The notes under the pieces are model-generated. The model made no database searches, was not told the DNA's origin, and was given only the letters and a program-made list of their open reading frames with translations. A DNA stretch of 64,000 nt from a virus, in IMG/VR virus record IMGVR_UViG_3300030390_002408; one strand, written 5' to 3'. Positions within the stretch are counted from its first letter, which is position 1. Every line of letters starts with the position of its first letter. A program made the position numbers and the translations under genes. Of this stretch, positions 55,315-64,000 are shown one piece after another.

Positions 55315-57174
55315 TTATAAAGGTACTACTCTACCTTTAATATCGGTATTTGGAAATTTAATTTCAAAAATCATAGGATCTAATGATGGATAAACTACAT
55401 TTTTAATAGTTGCTCCAGGTATATCATAGGCATAAGTACTGTATCCATAATTTTCTCCTATTTTATTTAAAATTCTAAGATCTTGTACAGTTTGTACTCC
55501 TTCTATTTTATCTAGTAAAATAAATATATCTTTTAACATAATAGGCTCATTAACTTGCCATTTATCTATATTAAAGAAATCTGTAATAGCGTCTATACAT
55601 TTAGTAATTACTTCATTATTATTAAAATTAGGTAATACTATAATATCAAATTCAACTCCTATGTTAATAATGAAAGCATCTTTAATATTAATTTTATCAT
55701 TTACCATTCGATACTCTGAAAGGTACGTTTTTAAATTATTTTTTAATGTTGGTGACGCTGGCCTTAAACTTTTATTTATGTCATATGATAAAACATATAA
55801 ATCTAAAAGTGTTGGAAGGCTATTTTGAGATACGTCTGATATTTTTGTAGGTGCTGCAAAGGCTTTTGCAATTACCCCTAAATTAGAAGGCATAGATAAT
55901 GATCTAATTAAGTAATCCTGAGGTGTTACTGTTCTTAATTGATTTTGGAAACTACCTAAAGCATTTTGTCTTAATTCTTCAATGGTATCTCCATCTTGAC
56001 CACCATCAGCAGCTAGAGGATTATTTGATGCTAATGAATTAAAAGTAGAATTAGCTAAAGATGTATTATTTAAGTTAGGCTTAACAAAAGTAACATTAGA
56101 AGTATCTACTAATGTCATGACTCCAGAAGGTACGTTTGATGAAACCCCCCCACCTGTTAGATATCTTACTGTTAAAGTTATATTAGAAGGTGAAATTCCA
56201 TAAGTATCTGTAAATACGAAATTTACAGGTGAAAAAGCTGTTGTTAATTGAGTTCTTTCAAATGGTAATCCTGATCCTACATTATCTGGGTTGGGAACTA
56301 TTTCTTCGGTTGTGTCTCCTGTTGAACCGGCTCCAAATTGTAATTGTAAAGATCCCTCATTTAAAAATCTACTTGCAAATCTTCTTTGGACTTGTTTTAA
56401 TTGTAAAAGATAAGGAACTTCATTATCCTCATAAGCATTAGGATCATTAGTATTAGTATTTTTAATAGTATCAAATACAGCGTCTTGTGCTAAATTTGGC
56501 ACTTCATACCAAGTATTACCGTCACTATCCACCACATCTAGAATCCCTATGATATTAGCCGTATTAATATTTCTAGTATCGAATTTAACACCATTCCCAA
56601 ATGTAAAAGTTTCAGTATTTACTGTAGCTGATATTGATTTTCTTGTTTTCTTTAATAAAAATGAAGTTGGCTCATTTCCTGAAATTTCATATACTGTAAT
56701 TGTAGTAGGATCTAATGAGCTTGAAGATGAAAAATCTACAAAATCTTCAATTAAAAATCTAGTAACAGTGTTATTAGAAGAAATTTGGGTATTTTCGGGG
56801 ATTTGTAGACAATAATCAAAATCTGGGACTTGTGAGGATCCTAAAGTCTTAGCAGGTAAGGTTTGAAAAAAATCAATATTTACACGTGCTGCAGTTGTTA
56901 CTTTAGGAGTATATCCTAACATGTAAGACAAATTAAACAAATTTTGAGTTTGCCTAGCATATTGAATAAATGTTTCTTGAATTTGATTATCTAAATAAAA
57001 AGATAAAACATCCCCAACATATGATGCCATCTCCATAAATAACATCCCGGTAGAAGTGTTAGAAAAGTCATTATAAGTATTAGGGAAATATGTTTTAGAG
57101 TATTCTACTAAGGCACTTCTAAAATCATTAAAATCTCTATTAATATATTTTATATCTCGTTTTAAATCAGCCAT
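55315..57174 (-). CDS. gp6: Baseplate wedge subunit (T4 gp6-like)
   Basis: RDFNDFRSAL, SYVGDVLSFYLD, LQFG and GGQDGDTIEELR..QLRTVTPQDY motifs. Confidence 0.9.
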   Translation of the reverse strand: MADLKRDIKYINRDFNDFRSALVEYSKTYFPNTYNDFSNTSTGMLFMEMASYVGDVLSFYLDNQIQETFIQYARQTQNLFNLSYMLGYTPKVTTAARVNIDFFQTLPAKTLGSSQVPDFDYCLQIPENTQISSNNTVTRFLIEDFVDFSSSSSLDPTTITVYEISGNEPTSFLLKKTRKSISATVNTETFTFGNGVKFDTRNINTANIIGILDVVDSDGNTWYEVPNLAQDAVFDTIKNTNTNDPNAYEDNEVPYLLQLKQVQRRFASRFLNEGSLQLQFGAGSTGDTTEEIVPNPDNVGSGLPFERTQLTTAFSPVNFVFTDTYGISPSNITLTVRYLTGGGVSSNVPSGVMTLVDTSNVTFVKPNLNNTSLANSTFNSLASNNPLAADGGQDGDTIEELRQNALGSFQNQLRTVTPQDYLIRSLSMPSNLGVIAKAFAAPTKISDVSQNSLPTLLDLYVLSYDINKSLRPASPTLKNNLKTYLSEYRMVNDKINIKDAFIINIGVEFDIIVLPNFNNNEVITKCIDAITDFFNIDKWQVNEPIMLKDIFILLDKIEGVQTVQDLRILNKIGENYGYSTYAYDIPGATIKNVVYPSLDPMIFEIKFPNTDIKGRVVPL

Positions 57175-57581
57175 TATTGTAATAATATATTTATGTTATC
57201 TTCAATCCCGAATAATGAGATTTCATATGATAGTAAAAAATTTACTTCATTAAGATCAGGCTCATTTTGAAATTCAATTTGTTTAACGTTTACTGTAGGG
57301 AAATATAATGCAATTTCCTCTTGAATTTTAAATTTTAAATCATCTAAAGTTGAATCTGTGATGTTTTCAAATAAAATAGATTTTAAATTAGCACCAAAAT
57401 TAGGGTTAAATACTCTTTCTCCCTTATTTGTTAATAAATAATTAATTAAATTTGCCTTAATTTGATCTTTAGTTTGATATGTGGGAACAAAAACAGCATC
57501 CCCATTTAAAGGAAAACCAAACCCTATAGCTTTTCTAGCTTCAGTGTCAATTGGAAATTTATTTGAAATTATTTTTGCCAT
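57174..57581 (-). CDS. gp25: Baseplate wedge / sheath initiator (T4 gp25-like)
   Basis: LLTNKGERVFNPNFG motif. Confidence 0.9.
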   Translation of the reverse strand: MAKIISNKFPIDTEARKAIGFGFPLNGDAVFVPTYQTKDQIKANLINYLLTNKGERVFNPNFGANLKSILFENITDSTLDDLKFKIQEEIALYFPTVNVKQIEFQNEPDLNEVNFLLSYEISLFGIEDNINILLQ

Positions 57582-57934
57582 TATCGACCCATTAAATTTG
57601 TAATTTGATCCATACTTACACTACCTCCCCCTAATGAACCATTAATGGCATCAGCACCAGGTTGTGGGTTAAAAGATTGGACATCATTAGATGTAAAATT
57701 TAACTGTGTACCATTTAAAGCTTCTTCATACTTAGCTCTTTTATCAGCTAAACTAACTTCGGGTTGGGGTGAAGTTAAATGTTGTTGTTGTTGTTGGTTA
57801 TATTGAATATTTTCAGTTATGGGTGAAATATTCTTTTGGGATTTGAAGGATTCAAATAAAATGTCTTTCAACTCTTCTTGAATTGCTTCCTTAACTGCTG
57901 ATTTAACTATTTTTTTAAATTCTGATGATTTCAT
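57581..57934 (-). CDS. Hypothetical late protein
   Basis: MKSSEFKKIVKSAVKEAIQEE leader; late motif at 57945-57954. Confidence 0.55.
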   Translation of the reverse strand: MKSSEFKKIVKSAVKEAIQEELKDILFESFKSQKNISPITENIQYNQQQQQHLTSPQPEVSLADKRAKYEEALNGTQLNFTSNDVQSFNPQPGADAINGSLGGGSVSMDQITNLMGR

Positions 57935-58007
57935 ATCACTTTTGTTATAAATATTAATTTGATTAGTTTTTTATCCACTTTGAATGGGATAAGGTAATTA
58001 TAGGTTT

Positions 58008-58805
58008 TTAAATACCCAAAAGGTAATTATCTATTCTAAATTTTACCTCATCTATTAAAACCTCTAGGGAGGAAGAGAATGAATACCCGTTATCAAGAAG
58101 ATTATATAATATAACCTTTGTTTTATTTTGAGCTTTTACTCTCCTAGAGTCGAAAGAGAATTCATTTTTTGGATTATATTGGATTTCTAATTTGAAACCT
58201 TTATAAAATATGGGATTTAAGGATCCGGGTTGTAGTTGGTTTAGTAAATCCTTATTTGATGTTTGATTTTGAACAGCATTTGATAAACCCTCAATAGTTA
58301 AAGACTCAGTTAACTCATTTTGAGATATACCCTGTGATTTAATACATGAATTTAATGCAATATCTAATGAATTTAATTTTATAATTAATTTATCAATTTC
58401 TGGGAGGATACTCTTAAATACTTGAGGGATCATTTTAACTGTGCCTTTCCCATTTGTTAATAACCCCCCCAAAGTATCTAATGAGTCTGCTAATACATTA
58501 GTTACAGTTAAAGGTGTAAAGGGTACAATAGGGATAGGTAAGTATTTAATTACTTTAACACCTACTTCTAACCCTTTAAGTATACTTTCTAAAGTTTGTC
58601 CAGTTTTTGTAATACTATTTAATGTTTTTTTAATTGTAGTTAGAGTAGAAATAAATGTGTTTTTTTGAATTATTATTTTCTTTAATTCTTCTTTAGTGGG
58701 ACAACCAACTTCAAATTTTTTTATAATTTCATCAACTTTACCATCTAATTTTAAAATAGATTTAAGTGATCTTTGTACGGTTGATGCAATTAGTTTAGTA
58801 AGCAT
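58008..58805 (-). CDS. Hypothetical baseplate-hub-region protein
   Basis: 265 aa, helical with hydrophobic LPIPIVP segment; follows the spike gene. Confidence 0.5.
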   Translation of the reverse strand: MLTKLIASTVQRSLKSILKLDGKVDEIIKKFEVGCPTKEELKKIIIQKNTFISTLTTIKKTLNSITKTGQTLESILKGLEVGVKVIKYLPIPIVPFTPLTVTNVLADSLDTLGGLLTNGKGTVKMIPQVFKSILPEIDKLIIKLNSLDIALNSCIKSQGISQNELTESLTIEGLSNAVQNQTSNKDLLNQLQPGSLNPIFYKGFKLEIQYNPKNEFSFDSRRVKAQNKTKVILYNLLDNGYSFSSSLEVLIDEVKFRIDNYLLGI

Positions 58806-60082
58806 TACTTAGATTTTGATATTTTTGATTTATAAGATTCAATATTTGCTATCATTTCCTTAGCTTTTTCCTCCATACCTACAGCCATTGGAGCATGACC
58901 TAAAGAAGGAGTAGCAGGAGCAATTAATATTGGGGTCTTACCCAAATAATTCCCTAATAAGGATATTTGGGTTAATAATTTTTCTAGATCAGAAAGGAAT
59001 TTATCTCCTAAAATAACAGGCTCAGTAGCATTTTTATTACCTAATAATATTTCTGGGGAGTTTATTACTGTTTGTTTTGAATCAATTGTTACACTATTAA
59101 CTGAATTTAAGTTTATAATTTTGTTAGAAGATAATAGTATTGAATCCTTTTTAGAATTAAATAATAATCTTCCAGAATTTAAAATGATTTGCTCGCTATC
59201 AAATTTATCAGCTTTTATAGGTTTTTCCTCACATGAATTATAACCCTTATTACCCTTAGGGCTAGATAGATTTATGGGGATGGATTGTGTTGATGTTATA
59301 TAAATTGAAGATAAATCTTTGTTTATATCTTCTACTTGAGGAATTAATTTTTCTTTACCATCATCATGTTGACCGTTTCTTATTATAGTTAAAGGATCTC
59401 CTTGTGATTCTTTTTTCTCACCTCTAATTCTTTCTATAATATTAAATCCCTTAGACCATGGATTATCAATTTTTCCACCTTTTATAGTAGAAGTAAATCT
59501 TATACTCTGGCCCCATCTACCCTCATACATAATATCCCCTTCAAAAGGTTGGAGGTTTTTTATATCTAGTTTTTCTTTAAAGGTATTCCCCAAATCAATA
59601 CCTTTTCCTTTATTTGTAACTCTTTTTACGGATCCTACTTCAGTTTGTTGGTAGTCTCTTTGTTGTGAGGGGGGGAGAGTTGATTTATTAATTCCATCAG
59701 GAATAGCATTATGGTGTATACTATTCCAGATATTTATAGGTTGGAAATAATACCAATCAGTTTTATTAGTATCAGTTTCTACCCCAATAGATGATAACTG
59801 TATAACATATACAATCTCATTTTCTAATGGGTAGTTTATAATATTAGGGAATAAAGGTCTAGCAAATCTACCATCGGTTTTTACTTTACTTGGGTTAGGA
59901 TGTTTAACATTTTCCCAAAATATTCCACCTATAGAATGCCACTCCCCATGAGATTTGAAAGCTTTAGGAAAAGTTTTATCATCTAAAATGCAACATCTAA
60001 CCCTTGCTGAAAGTATTAGTTTTTCATCAGATTGGGGGGTAGCATTATCGGTAGACTGTGTTCCTGTTATTCTAGTTACCAT
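58805..60082 (-). CDS. Baseplate central spike (gp5/gpV-like, no lysozyme domain seen)
   Basis: PLENEIV (OB-fold-like), EGDIMYEGRWGQSIRF, QIILNSGRLLFNSK and ILLG..EPVILGD motifs. Confidence 0.65.
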   Translation of the reverse strand: MVTRITGTQSTDNATPQSDEKLILSARVRCCILDDKTFPKAFKSHGEWHSIGGIFWENVKHPNPSKVKTDGRFARPLFPNIINYPLENEIVYVIQLSSIGVETDTNKTDWYYFQPINIWNSIHHNAIPDGINKSTLPPSQQRDYQQTEVGSVKRVTNKGKGIDLGNTFKEKLDIKNLQPFEGDIMYEGRWGQSIRFTSTIKGGKIDNPWSKGFNIIERIRGEKKESQGDPLTIIRNGQHDDGKEKLIPQVEDINKDLSSIYITSTQSIPINLSSPKGNKGYNSCEEKPIKADKFDSEQIILNSGRLLFNSKKDSILLSSNKIINLNSVNSVTIDSKQTVINSPEILLGNKNATEPVILGDKFLSDLEKLLTQISLLGNYLGKTPILIAPATPSLGHAPMAVGMEEKAKEMIANIESYKSKISKSK

Positions 60083-60426
60083 TATTTTCCTTTTTCGATT
60101 TGTAATCTTTCCATTTCATCTAAAAGTTGTTGTTTTTCACTTTCAGATATACCGAAATCATCACTACTACTCCCTTGATTATGAAGAACTCGTTGAACAA
60201 TGGTAGCCATTTTAATTAGCTGCTCATCATTTTTAACCCCAATCTCCATATACTCTTTAATTAGAGGTACTATTAAAGTAGCATCTCCAATTTCTTGTAC
60301 TAAAGGTTTTAATTCTGTGATTAAAGCTGTTACTTGATCTTCTCTTCTCTTCTGGTTGTTGTAGATTTCTTCAAGGATATCAGAAAATTTTTTCTTACCA
60401 AATATTAGTGAGTCTAACTGTCCCAT
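60082..60426 (-). CDS. Helical hypothetical protein (possible terminase small subunit)
   Basis: 114-aa helical ORF with late motif at 60435-60444; function inferred only from size and helical pattern. Confidence 0.35.
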   Translation of the reverse strand: MGQLDSLIFGKKKFSDILEEIYNNQKRREDQVTALITELKPLVQEIGDATLIVPLIKEYMEIGVKNDEQLIKMATIVQRVLHNQGSSSDDFGISESEKQQLLDEMERLQIEKGK

Positions 60427-60459
60427 AATTTTGATTATAAATATAGGAAAAGATGACTT

Positions 60460-61263
60460 TTAAGATGGGAATATACCTGTTTCAAGGTATAGCATGTATT
60501 TTTCCTTAAAGACTTTATAGAGTTTATTTGCTATTTTTGTAATTTTAGGTGTTTTAACATCAACCATTTCACGGATATAAATGTATAAAGCTTTTTTATT
60601 AAATACATTTATATTATCTCTCTTTCTAAAAAGTTCAAGGATAGCGTCGGCAATTTTAGCATCATATTCTTTTGGGAAGAGGGTATAAATATTAGTAGTA
60701 CAATATAAAATATACTTATCCATAAAAATAAATAACCTATCATTCTCTTTATACCCCTTAAAACCTAACTCGTCATCTAAATCCTTATTATTATCCTTAA
60801 TTTTATCTATATTACTATCCATCCTAAGAGAAGAAATAAATTGGGAATTTGATGAGTCTATCTGGGAGTAGTGGTTAAGGTCATCAATGTTTATATTTTT
60901 TATTTTCTTTTTATAATTTTTATCATTATATAATATAAGCCACCTTTTAACTATAGTACCAAAATAGGAGTAAGCTTTAGCACCATTTTCAGGATTGAAG
61001 AGGTGTATTTTAGATAAAAGAAAAATTATAATTTCATGTTGTAAATCCTCTAAATTTTCTACTTCTGTATGGTAAAATTTAAAAGTATGAATTATATTTT
61101 GGGTGAGTTTAAAAAAAGGATAATGAATAAATTCTTCATAAATATTACTTTTTTCTTGACTACTAGTAGATTTATTATATCTAACAATAGCATTTTCTGT
61201 TTCCTTAGTAAAGTAATTCCTCTTTTGTTTTCCCTTAAGGTGTTTTTGAATAATATAATCCAT
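60460..61263 (-). CDS. gp55: Late-transcription sigma factor (T4 gp55-like)
   Basis: N-terminal RNYF; FNPENGAKAYSYFGTIVKRWLI resembles the gp55 region-2 motif. Confidence 0.7.
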   Translation of the reverse strand: MDYIIQKHLKGKQKRNYFTKETENAIVRYNKSTSSQEKSNIYEEFIHYPFFKLTQNIIHTFKFYHTEVENLEDLQHEIIIFLLSKIHLFNPENGAKAYSYFGTIVKRWLILYNDKNYKKKIKNINIDDLNHYSQIDSSNSQFISSLRMDSNIDKIKDNNKDLDDELGFKGYKENDRLFIFMDKYILYCTTNIYTLFPKEYDAKIADAILELFRKRDNINVFNKKALYIYIREMVDVKTPKITKIANKLYKVFKEKYMLYLETGIFPS

Positions 61264-61272
61264 TGAGTTTCT

Positions 61273-61557
61273 TTAAGATTTTTTCAATTTGAAGTCATTT
61301 AATACTTCTTGAATGCTTTTTATTGATTTAAAGAAATACCCAACTTCATCATCACTAGAAAATGTGCCCCTATGGTCTAACTTTTTTAATTTATCATCGG
61401 AGATTTCAATTACTCTAGATATTTTATCCAAGTATTCTAAATAACCTACTACTATATCTTCTGCTCTTTCATTCTTCCTTAAAAGATTTAAGGTTGTAAA
61501 TATTAGGATTACAACTAAAACCGAAAGAACAACTAAAGCTATTGTTATACCAATCAT
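61273..61557 (-). CDS. Small membrane-anchored protein
   Basis: N-terminal TM; FSSDDEVGYFF motif. Confidence 0.6.
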   Translation of the reverse strand: MIGITIALVVLSVLVVILIFTTLNLLRKNERAEDIVVGYLEYLDKISRVIEISDDKLKKLDHRGTFSSDDEVGYFFKSIKSIQEVLNDFKLKKS

Positions 61558-62333
61558 AATTTATCAATTATATTTTTTAGACCTCCACTTTCTATACTAC
61601 TAAGAGCTTTTGTTCTAGAAGAGGATTTTTTATTATCCCCCAATGTAAAACCTTTTTTTGAAGTATCCAAGTTATTTTCTTCTTTAAATTTTGGCAACCA
61701 CTCTCTTTCAAATTCTATTCGAGCAGCCATTAAATCGGCCTGGTGTAAAATAAATGGAAGAGGTGTTCTAGGTTTAGTTTCGGGCATAAATGATTTTAAA
61801 TATTTTTCATTTGCTGAATCGTATAAACCATCATGAGTCTGGATAGCAATCATTTCATTGAAAGTATATTTAATACCATGGGCTTGTAAAAGGTATAAAC
61901 CTCTATCAGGAACCGAGGCAAATGCTAATTTTTTACTATGCATATATTCTTCTCCTAATTTATCTCTTCTCCATTTATCAGTTTGGGGTATATAAGATTC
62001 ATTTTCTTCATCACCCATTTTACCTAAATCATGGTTTAAGGCTGAAAATATTAATTCTTCTTTAGTAAAAGACTCAACATCAGCACCTTCTTCCTTCCAT
62101 AATTTATACTGTTTAATAGAACATCTAATAACTCTATTAACATGCTCTACATAACCTCCTGGAAAGGCATTATGGTATTCCCTCTTATGAGCTGCAGGCA
62201 TTAATATTAATCTTTCCTGGTATTTATTATAGAAATTTAATAAATGTTCCTTTCTCTCACCTGTAATATGTTTATTAATATAATCTATGAGAGTTTCCCA
62301 TTCTTTCTGGAGTTGTTCTGCTGATAGTTTCAT
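61554..62333 (-). CDS. HD-domain phosphohydrolase (YhaM-type HD)
   Basis: HNAFPGGYVEH, LNHDLGK, HDG and HQAD motifs. Confidence 0.85.
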   Translation of the reverse strand: MKLSAEQLQKEWETLIDYINKHITGERKEHLLNFYNKYQERLILMPAAHKREYHNAFPGGYVEHVNRVIRCSIKQYKLWKEEGADVESFTKEELIFSALNHDLGKMGDEENESYIPQTDKWRRDKLGEEYMHSKKLAFASVPDRGLYLLQAHGIKYTFNEMIAIQTHDGLYDSANEKYLKSFMPETKPRTPLPFILHQADLMAARIEFEREWLPKFKEENNLDTSKKGFTLGDNKKSSSRTKALSSIESGGLKNIIDKL

Positions 62334-62350
62334 ATAACTTTTTTTAAATA

Positions 62351-62542
62351 TTAACCGTTTCTTAATGGAGTAGTATCTCTTTCAATAATTGATTTTAAAT
62401 CTTCTATAACCTCCTCAGCACTATTAATTTCATCTTTAAATTGTTTAGATGTTGATCCTGGACGGGATAATAGAAGATTCATGGTTTTTAACTTTGCTTC
62501 TAACTGCATAAATCGTCTATCAATTAATTCTTGATTTTTCAT
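62351..62542 (-). CDS. Hypothetical protein
   Basis: 63-aa helical-hairpin-like ORF. Confidence 0.55.
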   Translation of the reverse strand: MKNQELIDRRFMQLEAKLKTMNLLLSRPGSTSKQFKDEINSAEEVIEDLKSIIERDTTPLRNG

Positions 62543-62663
62543 ATTACATTATTTTAATGATTATTTATTAACCTTTATTTTTAATATTTTAATAACCTTT
62601 TTTTAATTTCCATTTCCTAATTTCTGTATTTAGAAGGTATTAAGGAGAATTTACATAACCTAA

Positions 62664-63080
62664 TTATTCTTCAATTTTATCTAAGATTTTTTTAAGAAGG
62701 GCACAATTTTCATACATTTCCCTTTTTTCAAAATACATAATACCTAATTTTAGGGTCATATCTAAGTATTCATCTGATGATTTTTTTAATACTTTAATGT
62801 GGTATTCATCTTTTAGGTTTATAGATTTAATATAATCCCAAGCTCTCTGATATGTTATAAACTCCCCAGCTTCACTCATTTCATCAACATCTAAGTCTTC
62901 ATCTGAGTCTTTAAAGAATTTTACTATTTTTTTATTAAAATTGGAATTATTTAATACTAATTTTTTATACATCCCCACCCAGTATAAAGGAGAAGATTTA
63001 AAATCTACATATGGGTTTTTATCCTCATCTTCAATTCTTTCATTTTCATTGAATAATTCAAATATTTTAGATAAATTCAT
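62664..63080 (-). CDS. Hypothetical protein with C-terminal UVR-like motif
   Basis: FEKREMYENCALLKKI. Confidence 0.55.
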   Translation of the reverse strand: MNLSKIFELFNENERIEDEDKNPYVDFKSSPLYWVGMYKKLVLNNSNFNKKIVKFFKDSDEDLDVDEMSEAGEFITYQRAWDYIKSINLKDEYHIKVLKKSSDEYLDMTLKLGIMYFEKREMYENCALLKKILDKIEE

Positions 63081-63084
63081 CTTA

Positions 63085-63273
63085 CTATACTTTATATGGT
63101 AATGGGGATTTAGTTACTCGTGCAAAGGCATACTCATATTTATCCCTAAAAGATTTATATTGATGTTTTTCTTGGGTTTTCATCTTTAAAAGTTGGGTTT
63201 GGAATTTATCTTTTAAATCTAACTCAATAAGCTGTTCTTCAACTTCCCAAAACAAGTCTTCATGTTTTCCCAT
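63085..63273 (-). CDS. Hypothetical protein
   Basis: 62-aa ORF behind a composite promoter. Confidence 0.55.
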   Translation of the reverse strand: MGKHEDLFWEVEEQLIELDLKDKFQTQLLKMKTQEKHQYKSFRDKYEYAFARVTKSPLPYKV

Positions 63274-63293
63274 TTTCCCTTAATTAATATTTA

Positions 63294-63328
63294 GTATAAA
63301 TATAATTAGGATATGTGAATTATCCAAA
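63294..63328 (-). promoter_or_regulatory. Composite host-type + late promoter
   Basis: TTTG-N20-TATATTTA. Confidence 0.55.
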
Positions 63329-63333
63329 TTATA

Positions 63334-63999
63334 TTAACAAATGATAATTCTTCTTCTTGAACCTCCACCACCTGATAATCCTTTTATTTCTACTACATCT
63401 AAAGTAATAGACCCCCCAGATGCTGCTCTTACAGACACTGATCCTGCACTATGACCTGCATCTGAAGAAATTGCTCCGGCCATTATAATCTTATTTATAT
63501 TATGATTTACACAGGGTTGATTAGTTCCTGTTGGAATTTGAGCTCCACTTGTGGTGTTATAATTTGTATTCCCACTACTTGTTATTTGGATTAAACTATC
63601 ATTTTCTACAGTAATACTTTGGGTTTTTGGAGAAGATGTTATGGCTGAGTTTCCATTAACTGCTACTTTTACTCCTACTCCTCCACTATCTTTAAAACTT
63701 TTTATACATACTGATATTGGGTTGAATAATGATCCTCCAAACCCAATAACGGCATTATTTGTACCTGTTGGGGGGTCTACTAAATACCAAAAACTACTCC
63801 TTAATCCTAAGTTACCCCTACTAACATTGTAATATCGAGTTAAAGCTTGGCCCCCATATGTAAGTGAGGTGTGGTTTTGTTGATTTCCACTTGTTAATTG
63901 TACGGTTATTAATCTATTACTCCCTGCAATTTGGGTATGGGGGATAGTTTTACTATTCCCACTCATGTTAGATTTTACTACAGTACTAATACCTTTAAC
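63334..63999 (-). CDS. Gly/Ser/Thr-rich beta-rich virion protein (true start probably outside the window)
   Basis: Frame stays open to the right edge (VKGISTVVKSNM...); TYGGQALT..WYLVDPPTG decoration/fibre-type motif. Confidence 0.55.
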   Translation of the reverse strand, partial: VKGISTVVKSNMSGNSKTIPHTQIAGSNRLITVQLTSGNQQNHTSLTYGGQALTRYYNVSRGNLGLRSSFWYLVDPPTGTNNAVIGFGGSLFNPISVCIKSFKDSGGVGVKVAVNGNSAITSSPKTQSITVENDSLIQITSSGNTNYNTTSGAQIPTGTNQPCVNHNINKIIMAGAISSDAGHSAGSVSVRAASGGSITLDVVEIKGLSGGGGSRRRIIIC

Positions 64000-64000
64000 T

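Noticed and set aside
6491-63832. All other plus-strand ORFs, including the Ser-rich ones at 17705..18121 and 36918..37148
   Set aside because: Each lies largely opposite a well-supported minus-strand gene; poly-Ser is the antisense reading of GAA/GAT-rich acidic genes
1-64000. tRNA/rRNA genes, introns/inteins, stop-codon recoding
   Set aside because: No cloverleaf or T-loop motifs noticed in the short intergenic gaps; core genes are uninterrupted and of normal length; TAA, TAG and TGA all act as stops

Overview
A 64-kb, AT-rich, gene-dense segment of a large T4-superfamily (Far-T4-like) myovirus, with essentially all genes on the minus strand and a standard genetic code. It holds most of the morphogenesis region: tape measure (partial), gp26/gp51-like tail chaperone pair, tail tube, sheath, S74-chaperone fibre, gp15/14/13-like neck, major capsid, scaffold, prohead protease, portal, large terminase, and gp5/gp25/gp6/gp7-like baseplate. 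It also encodes a gp55-like late sigma factor, primase, exonuclease, PhoH and several enzymes. The host is most likely Bacteroidota/Flavobacteriia: there are nine TTTG-N20-TAnnTTTA-type promoters, A-rich Shine-Dalgarno-free start sites, a Q-rule signal peptide, an Hc1-like protein and FISUMP/DUF285 domains. The main candidate novel system is a cluster of about 15 ORFs (19-42.5 kb) built from short modules separated by (L/I/V)-x-E motifs like those cut by T4 gp21-type prohead protease. The clearest case is a 1148-aa polyprotein (nucleotidyltransferase / two small modules / zincin / zincin / ART-like / HAD) in which all eight [L/I]NE motifs fall at module boundaries. This suggests head-packaged effector polyproteins that are cut into separate enzymes during capsid maturation. 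Other notable signals are a predicted +1/-2 frameshift at a U7 run joining the gp26- and gp51-like genes, an unannotated 22-aa 9-Cys metallothionein-like peptide, a circularly permuted FISUMP/C-type-lectin domain inserted in the baseplate protein, a gp15-PKD/DUF285 fusion, and a duplicated 56-bp promoter-leader cassette. All family assignments come from motif recognition by eye, not from database searches.
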